Part shown: positions 41,763-52,597 of the stretch, in pieces
Position numbering within the stretch: position 1 is the stretch's first letter
Layout: the number at the start of each line of letters is the position of its first letter
Source: a virus
Taxonomy: Duplodnaviria; Heunggongvirae; Uroviricota; Caudoviricetes
Length of the DNA stretch: 57,499 nt
IMG/VR virus record: IMGVR_UViG_2541047758_000011
Strand: one strand, 5' to 3'
Made by a program: the position numbers and the translations under genes
Notes under the pieces: model-generated
Told to the model about the DNA's origin: nothing
What the model saw: the letters and a program-made list of their open reading frames with translations, nothing else
The model's database searches: none

Positions 41763-42025
41763 CGCTTGAACCAGGTGAAATTAGTAAACTGTGACATGCT
41801 TATGCCCATCAGACGCTTAAGCACCCTGTCTCGCGGGCTTCTCTTTGGCTTAGGCCTGCGATTGTATCGCTCTATAATCGGAAGTCTTGAGGCTTTCCAG
41901 TAGCGATAATGCCGTGCGCCTGACTCTTCCAGGTCTGCATTAATCAATTGAGCCAATGTACTCATCATTCCTCTCCAACAGCGTGCTGGGTTGTTAGTTA
42001 AGTGGCGTAAACGTGTAATCTTCAT
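41759..42025 (-). CDS. Hypothetical protein (88 aa)
   Basis: ORF. Confidence 0.4.
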   Translation of the reverse strand: MKITRLRHLTNNPARCWRGMMSTLAQLINADLEESGARHYRYWKASRLPIIERYNRRPKPKRSPRDRVLKRLMGISMSQFTNFTWFKR

Positions 42026-42032
42026 CGTTACC

Positions 42033-42239
42033 TCAACTCACAAAACGCCACGCCATTTTTGCTACAGCGACAGGCGCAACACCGATAATCACCCACATGA
42101 GAATGCTACCGAAAAGCACACCCACCATGTCTTTACCTTCGCCTACCAACCGGACAAAACTGCTGGCAACCACAATGAACGTCGCCACCATCCACATAGC
42201 ACCGAGAATCCTCAATGCAGAAAAAATCAACTCAACCAC
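42033..42239 (-). CDS. Small two-helix membrane protein (68 aa)
   Basis: Two hydrophobic segments (..ILGAMWMVATFIVVASSF.. and ..VLFGSILMWVIIGVAPVAVA..). Confidence 0.4.
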   Translation of the reverse strand: MVELIFSALRILGAMWMVATFIVVASSFVRLVGEGKDMVGVLFGSILMWVIIGVAPVAVAKMAWRFVS

Positions 42240-42315
42240 GATTTACCCTCCCCCAAATAAAAAGGCCTGCGATTACCAGCAGGCCTGTTATTAGCTCAGT
42301 GATGTAGATGGTCAT

Positions 42316-43409
42316 TTAATACTCCGTCACGTTTTCCTGTCGCCACGCCTCGTCATATTCCGATTTCGGCATATTGGCGATGTAGCTATATGGCGATCCT
42401 GATTCAAGTTGCAGGAACTGGTGCGATTGCTCGTCAAGGAACAACGGGACACCACCTTCCCAACCTTCGCCGTTACGTTGTTTTTCAAGCATCAAAACAG
42501 ATGCCGGAGATGCCAGTAGCTGTTCGTCCTTCTCTGACATCTTTTCACCACTCTGAACTCTCTGTAACGCTCTCTCGCGAGCCTTGTTACGCCAGATGAT
42601 GAAAAGGTTGTCTGTCAGGTCTGTTATCGCTCCAGAGCCTTTTACGTCCATTTTCCCGGTTGGTTTTTCTTCGCTGTCTCCTTTTCGCGAGTGAGTAACG
42701 AGAATGACGTGGGAGTTTGTTTTGTTTTTGAAGTCGCAAATCGAGTCAACAAACGCCTTCTGCCCGTTATAGTCATCGTCGCCTATGCCACATTTCATCA
42801 GGCTGTCGATGATGAATAACTGGATCCCGTATCGGCGGCGAGCGTAGTCGAATATTTCGATCAGCCTGTCGGCTTTCGCCGTTCCGGTCAGGCCAAACAC
42901 CCAAAGTCTTTCGTCATAAAATTTAAATGCAGAGTCAATTTCCAGCACTGGCGGAATCTTGCAGCACGTCGCCTGACGGGTAAGGCGCTTAAGGAGAATA
43001 CCAGGCTTCAGCTCAAGTGACGCGATGCACGTCTTCACACCCTGCCGCATTGCCTCAAGTGCCATATGCCCGACAACCTCCGTTTTTCCGTGACCGTTCA
43101 CACCATTGACCAGCGTCAACTCTGCCTCACGGAACTGGAATTTATCTGCCAGAGATTCCCACGGTGGATTAAACAGATACTGCTGCTTGCCGTAGAAAGC
43201 GTTGATAGTGTCCTGGTAAAACTCTCGCGCGCTGTAGAGTTCTTCAGGATCGAAGTAGGATGCCGTGCCGATGTACTGCCAGATTTCATCCTCGGTAACA
43301 CCGTTCATCAGGCATTCGTTGATGTCTTTGTACGGCAGAGTAACAAGACGGCAACGATGTTCACCGAGTCGGCTTGCGATTTCCCTTGCGGCTTCACGAC
43401 CAACATCAT
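42316..43409 (-). pseudogene. C-terminal (DnaB-like helicase) part of primase-helicase gene, separated from its 5' part by IS911
   Basis: ..LVNGVNGHGKTEVVGHMALEAMRQGVKTCIASLE.. Walker A and ..LFIIDSLMKCG.. RecA-fold motifs; the track ORF start at 43308 lies just outside the IS. Confidence 0.7.
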
Positions 43410-44659
<1,250 letters not shown>

Positions 44660-45449
44660 CATCAACATCCATCGAGATGAATATTTCCTCAAACCTGTCG
44701 AGGTTGTGATACTCAAACTCAATCCACTGTTGCTTAGCGCCTTTCCCGCCACCAAACGGCACGGATAACGCCGAGATGCCGTATTGCGCATAGCTCATAC
44801 AATCAATTTCGCCTTCGCAAAGCACAACCGCCCTCACGCCAGCGTCCAGAGCCTGCCATCCGAACAGACAAGGTTCGCAATCACCTTCTGCCATAATGAC
44901 TTTCTTCCCGTCCGGGCGCTCAGTGCTGATTCGCTTGACCTGCAACAACTCACCATCGCGTTTGTACGGAAGCACCAGAGCATCCAGTTCTCGCTCTCCA
45001 TTCCACACCTTGCCGCTGACAACCTCGTAGCGCTTTACGACTTCTGGCGATATGCCACGCGATTGCAGGTACTCAAGATGGGATTCTGTTCTGGTAACGT
45101 AGCGGGCGATTTTCTTGCGATCAGGTCTGGAGAATTTCTTCTCACGTTTGGCATCGAAATGGTGATCGTCATCCTTGATACCGAGAAATGCTTTCGCTTC
45201 CTGCATAGCCTGATGCAGGTTAATTCCACGACATGCCATCCACAAATCAAGCATGTCACCGCCGTCTCCCTCAGCGAAATCAGCCCATTTTTTCTTGCCG
45301 CTAAGGTTGACCTTAAGGCTGTTTCCCTTGTCACCGTTGACGTTACCGGCAACCCACTCATGCCCCTCTTTCTTGCCATTTGGCAACAGGTGCGGAGCCA
45401 CCCTGTCAACCTGCGCCCAAAGCAGGTCGCTAAGTTCACTTGGCGTCAT
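44660..45449 (-). pseudogene. N-terminal (primase, Toprim) part of primase-helicase gene interrupted by IS911
   Basis: ..VVLCEGEIDCMSYAQYGISALSVPFGGG.. Toprim motif; reading frame runs into the IS. Confidence 0.7.
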
Positions 45450-45556
45450 GATTCCCTCAGATTGAGATTTTTAAACCAGAAATCGACAAACGAAATACTT
45501 AACCAGCCGTGGTTATAACCAGCGACCAGTAGCGATTTGATTTTTGATTTCATGGT

Positions 45557-46417
45557 TCACCTGTCGAAAAACACGTAGCCAGTTTTCGATACGGTGATTG
45601 CGGATGATGGTTTGGATTGTGGTTGAATGGTTTCTGGCTTCTCGTCGTTCCAGCGCTGACCGTTCAGGTAGCTCGATGGTAATAACCTGTCGAATCCGAA
45701 CTGCTTACCATTCCTGCATGCGATGTCTTCTGCCAGCATCGTGGCAAACTCTCTTGCCGTACCCCTGGTAGTTTTACGCCATTCCCTGAACTGTGTTCTG
45801 AATGCCGAAGCTGCGTTTTTCTTCCCGGCTTTCCGCATGCCTGCACACCAGAATATTTCCTCGAATGCCTTGTCGGTTTCTTCGTGACGCTCATGTGATT
45901 TTTCACACTCCGTCCGAACACTTTCGGACATAGTGTTTTTATTATTTCTTTTTTCTTTTGTAATAGTTTCTTTTGTGTGTCCCTGTTTTGGTGACAGCGC
46001 TGTCACCGTTTTGGTGACACTTTTTGTCACCAATGCAGTGACATTATCACCAGAGTAGTGACACCCTTCGATTTGCCATTCCTCGATGTTCTTGTTAGGA
46101 CCGATTTGCTGGCCTTCGCGAAGGATAACCTTCATCGCGATAAGCTCATTCTTGGCCTTGTTTACCTTCTGTCTTGGCAGCCTGGTAATTTGAGCTAACT
46201 GACTATCAGAGATGCGATCCATCTTTTTACCGTAGCCGTATGTTTTACGGCATATGGCGTGGGCAACCTTGCTCTGATTTTTCGTTAAATCTGCGCCGAT
46301 AAGCTCTTCATACAGGGCATTTGCAAGACGGGTATAACCATCTTCAACTTCTGCCACACGACGCTCCACAGGCCGTTGTGAAGGCCTTAAATGTGTTACG
46401 GTTGCAAGATTACTCAT
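45557..46417 (-). CDS. Replication initiator, O-like N-terminal domain
   Basis: ..[57 protein letters not shown].. parallels lambda O N-domain; contains iterons. Confidence 0.8.
   Translation of the reverse strand: MSNLATVTHLRPSQRPVERRVAEVEDGYTRLANALYEELIGADLTKNQSKVAHAICRKTYGYGKKMDRISDSQLAQITRLPRQKVNKAKNELIAMKVILREGQQIGPNKNIEEWQIEGCHYSGDNVTALVTKSVTKTVTALSPKQGHTKETITKEKRNNKNTMSESVRTECEKSHERHEETDKAFEEIFWCAGMRKAGKKNAASAFRTQFREWRKTTRGTAREFATMLAEDIACRNGKQFGFDRLLPSSYLNGQRWNDEKPETIQPQSKPSSAITVSKTGYVFFDR
45985..46066. repeat. Origin iterons (GGTGACA/TGTCACC repeats, about six copies) inside the O-like gene
   Basis: ggtgacagcgctgtcaccgttttggtgacactttttgtcaccaatgcagtgacattatcaccagagtagtgacacc. Confidence 0.75.
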
Positions 46418-46556
46418 GACCTTTCTCCTTCTGCATCAGCTTCACTTTTTCCAACTCAGCCCGGAATCGACCAGGCTGCTTGAAGCTGGACAGGAAGCGA
46501 TCACGTAGTATGTGTTTGTGAATTTTGTCCTGGTAAGGACTGAGTTGTTTTGTCAT
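46410..46556 (-). CDS. Small hypothetical protein (48 aa) between cII-like and O-like genes
   Basis: Manual [51 protein letters not shown]. Confidence 0.3.
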   Translation of the reverse strand: MTKQLSPYQDKIHKHILRDRFLSSFKQPGRFRAELEKVKLMQKEKGHE

Positions 46557-46588
46557 AATGACTCCTGTGGATTGATCCAGTAATTCCC

Positions 46589-46885
46589 TCAGAATTGCAT
46601 ATCAATTTGCTTAAAATCCTCGGTGGCGGCCGGGGATTTTTTCTTTGTGATTTCATCAAGCGCATACTTAAAAGCCCTGCTAATCGGACTGATGTCTGAT
46701 GCCATTCCGAAAGCACACAAGACCGAAGCAATAAATCTCCAGTCCGTTCTGCTTATCTTCGATTCATGACAGCCAATCATCTTTGCCAGACCGCGCTGGG
46801 TAAGCGTGGACAGGTTGATGAGTAAATCAGTTTCAGCGCGATCAATTTCTCGCTGTGTTGGCTTGCTGTAGCTTGCTTGTGCCAT
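46589..46885 (-). CDS. CII-like transcriptional activator
   Basis: 98 aa ending ..[18 protein letters not shown], parallel to lambda CII C-terminus; downstream of cro. Confidence 0.75.
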   Translation of the reverse strand: MAQASYSKPTQREIDRAETDLLINLSTLTQRGLAKMIGCHESKISRTDWRFIASVLCAFGMASDISPISRAFKYALDEITKKKSPAATEDFKQIDMQF

Positions 46886-47000
46886 TTGTTAATTTTCCTA
46901 TATTGATATTGAGTTATAGCGGCACACCCAATGGATTTGCCGCTGATGTTTGCTCACCCGGTTAGAGGTGAAAGGCCAGAACTGTTAAAGAGCAATTTGC

Positions 47001-47186
47001 TTATGCCGCTTGGCGGTAAGCACTTTCTTGATACTTCAGGGCGCCAGCTGTAACGATTTCCAATCGATAGGCGTCTTTCTCTGGGATAACTTCTTTCCAC
47101 TGAGAGACTGCTGCATCGCTAATGCCTAGTGCTTTAGCAACAGCACGCTGGGTTCCGAAGTGGTCAATAACATCTTTTTTGTACAT
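47001..47186 (-). CDS. cro: Cro (P22-type)
   Basis: MYKKDVIDHFGTQRAVAKALGISDAAVSQWKEVIPEKDAYRLEIVTAGALKYQESAYRQAA recalled as P22 Cro. Confidence 0.9.
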   Translation of the reverse strand: MYKKDVIDHFGTQRAVAKALGISDAAVSQWKEVIPEKDAYRLEIVTAGALKYQESAYRQAA

Positions 47187-47195
47187 AGACTCGCT

Positions 47196-47266
47196 CCGAA
47201 ATTAAAGAACACTTAAATTATCCACCAAAGGAATCTTAAGTCAAGTTTATTTAAGATGTCTTAACT
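47196..47266. promoter_or_regulatory. OR operator region with P22-type operator palindromes (pR/pRM)
   Basis: Three AnTnAAG...CTTnAnT-like sites (aattaaagaacacttaaatt, aatcttaagtcaagttta, atttaagatgtcttaact) between cro and c2. Confidence 0.7.
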
Positions 47267-47917
47267 ATGAATACACAACTGATGGGTGAGCGTATTCGCG
47301 CTCGCAGAAAAGAACTCAAGATTAGGCAGGCTTCCCTTGGCAAGATGGTTGGCGTGTCTAATGTTGCTATTTCCCAATGGGAGCGATCTGAAACTGAGCC
47401 CAATGGCGAAAACCTATTGGCCTTAGCCAAGGCTTTGCAGTGCTCCCCTGATTACCTGTTGAAAGGAGAGGATAGTCTTTCAAACATTGCCTATCACAGC
47501 AGGCATGATCCAAGAGGTTCGTATCCTCTAATTAGTTGGGTAAGCGCAGGATGTTGGATGGAAGCTGTAGAGCCATATCATAGGCGTGCAATAGATAACT
47601 GGTACGACACAACGGTAGATTGTTCTGAAGACTCTTTTTGGCTCGACGTTAAAGGCGACTCAATGACTGCCCCGGCAGGACTGAGTATTCCTGAGGGGAT
47701 GATTATTCTCGTCGACCCAGAAGTCGAACCACGTAATGGAAAGCTGGTAGTCGCCAAACTTGAAGGAGAAAACGAGGCGACATTCAAAAAGTTAGTTATT
47801 GATGCCGGTAGAAAATTCCTGAAACCACTCAATCCACAATACCCAATGATTGAAATCAATGGGAACTGTAAAATCATTGGCGTTGTCGTTGATGCCAAGC
47901 TAGCAAACCTTCCTTAA
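47267..47917 (+). CDS. c2: C2 repressor (P22-type, S24 autopeptidase)
   Basis: 216 aa MNTQLMGERIRARRKELKIRQASLGKMVGVSNVAISQWERSETEPNGENLLAL... with GDSM Ser and Lys dyad. Confidence 0.92.
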   Translation: MNTQLMGERIRARRKELKIRQASLGKMVGVSNVAISQWERSETEPNGENLLALAKALQCSPDYLLKGEDSLSNIAYHSRHDPRGSYPLISWVSAGCWMEAVEPYHRRAIDNWYDTTVDCSEDSFWLDVKGDSMTAPAGLSIPEGMIILVDPEVEPRNGKLVVAKLEGENEATFKKLVIDAGRKFLKPLNPQYPMIEINGNCKIIGVVVDAKLANLP

Positions 47918-47938
47918 GGGGCTTTCGCCCCTTTTTTA
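47917..47938 (+). terminator. Rho-independent terminator after c2
   Basis: aaggggctttcgcccctt + T-run. Confidence 0.7.
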
Positions 47939-47989
47939 TTTCCCGTTAAAAATCAAAGACAAACTAAATTCACGTCCATAAAATTAAGT

Positions 47990-48045
47990 TTTCTTCAAAA
48001 ATGCACTTGACCAATAAATTAAGAAGTCTTAAATTTAAGCCATCA
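47990..48045 (+). promoter_or_regulatory. pL/OL region (TTGACC -35, operator-like ttaagaagtcttaaatt)
   Basis: cacttgaccaataaattaagaagtcttaaatttaag upstream of nut-like hairpin. Confidence 0.55.
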
Positions 48046-48084
48046 GCAGGACGCTGGAAGCCAAACGGAACAGATTGGCAGGCT

Positions 48085-48125
48085 CTTTAACATCGACGGA
48101 CTCTCAACCTAACCGTTGAGACCAG
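48085..48125 (+). promoter_or_regulatory. nutL-like site (boxA-like ctctttaa, boxB-like hairpin ctcaacctaaccgttgag)
   Basis: Short hairpin preceded by boxA-like motif upstream of N-like gene. Confidence 0.45.
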
Positions 48126-48231
48126 AACTTGAGTGGTTTTGGGGATGGCGCGAATTGCAGCTGCAAGACAGCGATCGAGAAGATAAGCACCTCGACGCGT
48201 CATGCGCCAAAGCCACTTAAAGGAGACCATC

Positions 48232-48537
48232 ATGGTAACCATTGTCTGGAAAGAATCCAAAGGTACGGCAAAAAGCCGCTACAAAGCTCGCAGAGCAGAA
48301 CTTATTGCCGAGCGACGCAGTAATGAAGCACTGGCGCGAAAAATTGCGCTAAAGCTCTCTGGTTGCGTCAGAGCAGACAAAGCAGCATCACTAGGAAGCC
48401 TTTGCTGCAAGAAGAAAGAAGAAGTCGTTCGAAAAAATAGAAGTATTTATTACAAAGATTCAAACCCATTAGGAAACAAAATACATGCAGTCCAAAAAAT
48501 AAAATTGTACAGTAAACTACCGTACGGTGCTTATTGA
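48232..48537 (+). CDS. N-like antitermination protein with arginine-rich motif (P22 gp24 analogue)
   Basis: N-terminal ..KSRYKARRAELIAERR.. ARM; first gene after pL/nut; start chosen at ATG 48232 after AAGGAG. Confidence 0.55.
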   Translation: MVTIVWKESKGTAKSRYKARRAELIAERRSNEALARKIALKLSGCVRADKAASLGSLCCKKKEEVVRKNRSIYYKDSNPLGNKIHAVQKIKLYSKLPYGAY

Positions 48538-48878
48538 GTATGCTTATGGTGAAAAAGACTATTTATGTTAATCCTGACCGCGGACAAAACAGAAAAGTAT
48601 CTGATAGAGGTCTTACATCTCGAGACAGGAGGAGAATAGCGAGATGGGAAAAAAGGATAGCATATGCATTAAAAAACGGTGTAACACCTGGATTTAATGC
48701 TATAGATGACGGTCCTGAATATAAGATTAATGAAGAACCAATGGACAAAGTTGACAAAGCATTAGCAACACCATTTCCTCGCGATGTCGAAAAAATTGAA
48801 GATGAAAAATATGAGGATGTAATGCACAGAGTTGTTAATCACGCTCACCAACGAAATCCAAATAAAAAATGGTCATAG
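48534..48878 (+). CDS. Hypothetical early protein (114 aa)
   Basis: ORF overlapping N-like stop; followed by terminator. Confidence 0.5.
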   Translation: MSMLMVKKTIYVNPDRGQNRKVSDRGLTSRDRRRIARWEKRIAYALKNGVTPGFNAIDDGPEYKINEEPMDKVDKALATPFPRDVEKIEDEKYEDVMHRVVNHAHQRNPNKKWS

Positions 48879-48899
48879 CCCACTTCGGTGGGTTTTTTA
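48878..48899 (+). terminator. Rho-independent terminator (cccacttcggtggg + T7)
   Basis: Seen directly. Confidence 0.75.
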
Positions 48900-48930
48900 T
48901 TGTCTGAACAAACCTAATTTACTACCGCAA

Positions 48931-49007
48931 GCCACGCAGTGAAATGGGTGTGACTTGTGTTGGTCGCCAGAAGCAACGCGGAAAATCAATTCCAGCTTAT
49001 TACGATT
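48931..49007 (+). pseudogene. Remnant of a lambda-type N gene 3' end (homologous to 6411-6487 of prophage A)
   Basis: ...MGVTCVGRQKQRGKSIPAYYD* with no N-terminal part; flanking DNA also matches prophage A. Confidence 0.6.
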
Positions 49008-49102
49008 GAGGTGAGCCATGCTCAAGAAAGTCAAACGCCGACTTTACAACAAGGCTGCCTGACGGTGGCATTTATTTTTGGCATAAACAACATGGGGTAA
49101 AA

Positions 49103-49429
49103 ATGAAAGTTTTAATGGTTTATGAAAATGTTCCAGAGTCGACTGAAATCTATATTTTTGATGCCAATGAAGATGAAGTTAACGATTTGAAATTGTCTCA
49201 CGGCAATTACACAAATGCTAATTGTGATGAAAGTATCGAAAAAGCACTATCACGTGTTCTTGTCAGAATTAGTGATCCAGAACATTGTGATGATGATTGG
49301 CTTTCTTATTGTGGAGCGGTAAAAACTGATGCAGGAAAATGGAGTAAAAGTAAAGTTGATAACTCAACTCCAATCATTATGAAAGATAGCGATATTGAAA
49401 TGGTAATAATAACCGGAATGATTATGTAG
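49103..49429 (+). CDS. Hypothetical protein (108 aa)
   Basis: ORF in AT-rich segment. Confidence 0.45.
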   Translation: MKVLMVYENVPESTEIYIFDANEDEVNDLKLSHGNYTNANCDESIEKALSRVLVRISDPEHCDDDWLSYCGAVKTDAGKWSKSKVDNSTPIIMKDSDIEMVIITGMIM

Positions 49430-49534
49430 GCTGCGAATAAGCACTGTGTATTCATTCCAACGAGTGAATACACGGAGCAATGTCGCTCGTAACTAAACAG
49501 GAGCCGACTTGTTCTGATTATTGGAAATCTTCTT

Positions 49535-49562
49535 TGCCCTCCAGTGTGAGGGCAATTTTTTT
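49535..49562 (+). terminator. Rho-independent terminator (gccctccagtgtgagggc + T-run), second copy of the 7095-7120 element, preceded by the same 9-bp inverted repeat
   Basis: Near-identical to prophage A block 6996-7120. Confidence 0.65.
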
Positions 49563-49574
49563 GACGGAGGATAT

Positions 49575-49886
49575 ATGAAATTACGTGTCTGGCATATCCC
49601 GCAAGTACCTATGAAGCCGTTCATTGTAGAAGTGGCAAGTGTTGAAGAGGGTGTTCGCCTGATGGATGCACTGGCTGATTATGATGCCTTTCAGTATGAC
49701 AACAACATCAAGCCTGACTACTGCAATGCTAACGGCCTTGAGATGTGGGATGAGAGCCTTACTGATGAAGATTTATCAGAGATGGGGCTTACGGATCGCT
49801 GGGTAGATTGGTACAGCGAATGCCAATGTTACGACGACCCACGTAAATATATCGAAAGCCTGAAAGAAGAAACCTCAGCAGCCTGA
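49575..49886 (+). CDS. Hypothetical early protein (103 aa), ea10-position analogue
   Basis: ATG after GGAGG; MKLRVWHIPQVPMKPFIVEVASVEEGVRLMDALADYDAF... Confidence 0.55.
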   Translation: MKLRVWHIPQVPMKPFIVEVASVEEGVRLMDALADYDAFQYDNNIKPDYCNANGLEMWDESLTDEDLSEMGLTDRWVDWYSECQCYDDPRKYIESLKEETSAA

Positions 49887-49921
49887 GCGCGGATTTGACG
49901 CATACAAATTAAGGAGGATAT

Positions 49922-50890
49922 ATGAGTGAAGTAACAGATTTAGTTGTTATTGAAAAAGCAAATGCAATGACTGTATTTCAGTCTGCCGACCAGATTGAAG
50001 AAATTCTCCAAAAGGTTGAACGTGAAGTTATGTCCTTTGTGCCTGATATCACAACGGCAAAGGGCAGAAAGGAGATCGCTTCTCTGGCGTATAAAGTTGC
50101 GCAGACGAAAACATATCTCGATGGTCTTGGCAAAGACCTTGTTGCTGAACTGAAGGAAATTCCAAAGCTAATTGATGCCAACCGCAAGACAGTGCGTGAT
50201 CGACTTGATGAGCTGAAAGCCAAGGCACGCCAGCCTCTTACTGATTATGAGGATGAACAGGCACGGATTAAAGCCGAAGAAGAAGCTAAGGCAGCAGCTG
50301 AAGCTCTCGCAAAGCAAATTGAGTCTGACCATGAAATAGCGATTTTGATGGATCGCGAATTTGACCGCCAAAGAGAAGAGGCAAGACTCAAAGCGGAGCA
50401 GGAAAAGCGAGAGCATGAAGAACGCTTAAAAAGAGAAGCTGAAGAGAAAGCCAGAGCAGAAGCCGAAGCAAAGGCAAAAGCAGAAATTGAAGCAGCAGCA
50501 AGACGAGAAGCAGAGGCTAAGGCCGCAGCGGAACGTGCAGAGCGTGAACGCATTGAAGCCGAGCAACGAGCACAGCGCGAAGCAAAAGAGGCAGCAGAAC
50601 GAGCTGAAAAAGAAAAGCAGGCAGCAATTGAAGCAGAACGCAGAAAAGCACAGGAGGAGGCTGAGCGAATCCGTCGCGAGGCTGAAGCAAAAGAGCAAGC
50701 CAGAATCGCAGAAGAAAAAAGAATCAAGGACGAAGAAGAGCACAGAGCAAAGGATAAAGCTCACCGGAAAGAAGTAAATAACAAAATACTTGCTGACCTT
50801 ATCAAGGTTGGCGCATCAGAAGATGTTGCTAAAAATATCATAACAGCCATCGTAAAAGGCGAAGTATTCGCAACAAAAATAACCTACTAA
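49922..50890 (+). CDS. Hypothetical protein with long E/K/A/R-rich charged helical region (322 aa)
   Basis: Residues ~120-270 are almost entirely E, A, K, R (..EAEEKARAEAEAKAKAEIEAAARREAEAKAAAERAERERIEAEQRAQREAKEAAERAEKEK..). Confidence 0.6.
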   Translation: MSEVTDLVVIEKANAMTVFQSADQIEEILQKVEREVMSFVPDITTAKGRKEIASLAYKVAQTKTYLDGLGKDLVAELKEIPKLIDANRKTVRDRLDELKAKARQPLTDYEDEQARIKAEEEAKAAAEALAKQIESDHEIAILMDREFDRQREEARLKAEQEKREHEERLKREAEEKARAEAEAKAKAEIEAAARREAEAKAAAERAERERIEAEQRAQREAKEAAERAEKEKQAAIEAERRKAQEEAERIRREAEAKEQARIAEEKRIKDEEEHRAKDKAHRKEVNNKILADLIKVGASEDVAKNIITAIVKGEVFATKITY

Positions 50891-50914
50891 TAAAACCAAC
50901 ATAAGGAACCACCC

Positions 50915-51061
50915 ATGATTTACGCAATCGCGGGAGGCGCTCGCATGGGTGCCTTCCAATTAAATGAATCTTTACTTGAACGAATCACCCGTAAATTACG
51001 TGACGGATGGAAACGACTCATCGACGTACTTAATCAGCCAGGAGTTCCAAAAAATGGATAA
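50915..51061 (+). CDS. CIII-like protein (48 aa)
   Basis: [48 protein letters not shown], parallel to lambda cIII core. Confidence 0.7.
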   Translation: MIYAIAGGARMGAFQLNESLLERITRKLRDGWKRLIDVLNQPGVPKNG

Positions 51062-51167
51062 AACACTTATGGCTATTCAGACTAAATTCACTATCGCCAC
51101 TTTTATTGGCGATGAAAAGATGTTTCGTGAGGCCGTCGAAGCCTACAGAAAATGGAGGTCTAAATGA
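51054..51167 (+). CDS. Kil-like protein (37 aa)
   Basis: [37 protein letters not shown], parallel to lambda Kil N-terminus. Confidence 0.6.
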   Translation: MDKTLMAIQTKFTIATFIGDEKMFREAVEAYRKWRSK

Positions 51168-51352
51168 TTCCGGTAGAGCTGGCGAAAACTCCAGAGTTAA
51201 GTCGATTAAAAAGAGAATATCACATTGCTGAGGCTCGTTACTGGCGTAAAGCGGGAGATAAATCAAAGAAACAACTTTGTTTATGGCAAGCACAAAGAGA
51301 GCGCATGAATGAGCGCGAATTTCTTTCCTCCCCATCCGAATTACCATTCTGA
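51164..51352 (+). CDS. Hypothetical protein (62 aa)
   Basis: ORF. Confidence 0.4.
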   Translation: MIPVELAKTPELSRLKREYHIAEARYWRKAGDKSKKQLCLWQAQRERMNEREFLSSPSELPF

Positions 51353-51360
51353 GGTGAATT

Positions 51361-52068
51361 ATGGATTTGAATAAATTCGATGAGCCATTCAGCCCTGAAG
51401 ATATCGAATGGCGAATACAGCAAAGCGGTAAAACACGCGATGGCAAGGTGTGGGCTATGGTGCTGGCTTATGTCACGAACCGGGCAATCATGAAACGCCT
51501 GGACGATGTTTGCGGCAAAGCAGGATGGCGCAATGAATACCGCGATATTCCCAACAACGGCGGCGTTGAATGCGGCATATCAATAAAGATTGATTCCGAA
51601 TGGGTAACCAAATGGGATGCTGCTGAAAACACGCAGGTAGAAGCCGTCAAAGGTGGTCGTTCCGGTGCAATGAAGCGCGCTGCCGTTCAGTGGGGAATCG
51701 GTCGGTATCTGTATAACCTTGAGGAAGGTTTCGCACAAACATCTCTCGATAAAAAGCAGGGGTGGCACAGGGCAAAACTGAAGGATGGAACAGGATTTTA
51801 CTGGCTCCCTCCATCGCTTCCGGGATGGGCAATCCCAGCATCAGATAACAAACCATCACCAGAAAATATCAACCAGAAATCTCCATCGGTTGACTGCGAA
51901 CAAATCCTGAAAGACTTCAGCGATTATGCGTCAACAGAAACTGACAAGAAAAAACTCATCGAGCGTTATCAGCATGACTGGCAATTAATGGCTGGCAATG
52001 AGGATGCGCAGGCTAAATGCGTTCAGGTAATGAACATCAGAGTTAACGAACTAAAACAGGCGGCATAA
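51361..52068 (+). CDS. erf: Erf-like ssDNA annealing protein (divergent N-domain, P22 Erf-like C-terminus)
   Basis: C-terminal ..DFSDYASTETDKKKLIERYQHDWQLMAGNEDAQAKCVQVMNIRVNELKQAA matches P22 Erf C-terminus; N-part (..AAVQWGIGRYLY..) Rad52-like, differs from P22 Erf. Confidence 0.75.
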   Translation: MDLNKFDEPFSPEDIEWRIQQSGKTRDGKVWAMVLAYVTNRAIMKRLDDVCGKAGWRNEYRDIPNNGGVECGISIKIDSEWVTKWDAAENTQVEAVKGGRSGAMKRAAVQWGIGRYLYNLEEGFAQTSLDKKQGWHRAKLKDGTGFYWLPPSLPGWAIPASDNKPSPENINQKSPSVDCEQILKDFSDYASTETDKKKLIERYQHDWQLMAGNEDAQAKCVQVMNIRVNELKQAA

Positions 52069-52584
52069 ATGGCAAGCAGAGGCGTAAATAAGGTGATCAT
52101 TATTGGTCGCCTTGGGCATGATCCAGAAATCAGATATTCACCATCAGGAACGGCATTTGCAAACCTTACAGTTGCTACGTCAGAACAATGGCGTGATAAG
52201 CAAACTGGAGAGCAAAAGGAGCAGACGGAGTGGCACCGTGTGGTAATGAGCGGGAAACTGGCAGAAGTTGCCAGCGAATATCTGCGAAAAGGCTCTGAGG
52301 TTTATCTTGAAGGCAAATTGCGGACAAGAAAATGGCAGGATCAAAGCGGACAGGATCGGTTCACTACCGAAGTTATCGTGGGCGTTGGTGGAACCATGCA
52401 AATGCTTGGTGGCAAGCAAGGAAGCAATGAACAGTCTTCACCTCAGCGAAATAACGGCCAGCAACAAAGACAGCAATCTCAGCAGCAGGGGAATCACAGC
52501 GAACCACCTATGGATTTTGACGACGATATACCCTTTGCGCCAGTAACTCTCCCCTTCCCTCGTCACGCTATTCACGCAATTTAA
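52069..52584 (+). CDS. ssb: Single-stranded DNA-binding protein
   Basis: OB-fold N-domain (..[54 protein letters not shown]..), Gln/Gly-rich linker, acidic tail DFDDDIPF. Confidence 0.9.
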   Translation: MASRGVNKVIIIGRLGHDPEIRYSPSGTAFANLTVATSEQWRDKQTGEQKEQTEWHRVVMSGKLAEVASEYLRKGSEVYLEGKLRTRKWQDQSGQDRFTTEVIVGVGGTMQMLGGKQGSNEQSSPQRNNGQQQRQQSQQQGNHSEPPMDFDDDIPFAPVTLPFPRHAIHAI

Positions 52585-52597
52585 TCAGGAGAAAATC

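Noticed and set aside
50400-50720. Apparent short tandem repeats (gaagca/gaggc units) that could resemble a CRISPR array or VNTR
   Set aside because: No regular repeat-spacer periodicity; the repetition is codon-level bias inside a coding sequence.
50245-50764. Low-complexity Ser/Ala/Arg-rich and Cys/Phe/Leu-rich minus-strand ORFs
   Set aside because: Antisense products of the GAA/GCA/AAA-rich codon bias of the charged protein 49922-50890.
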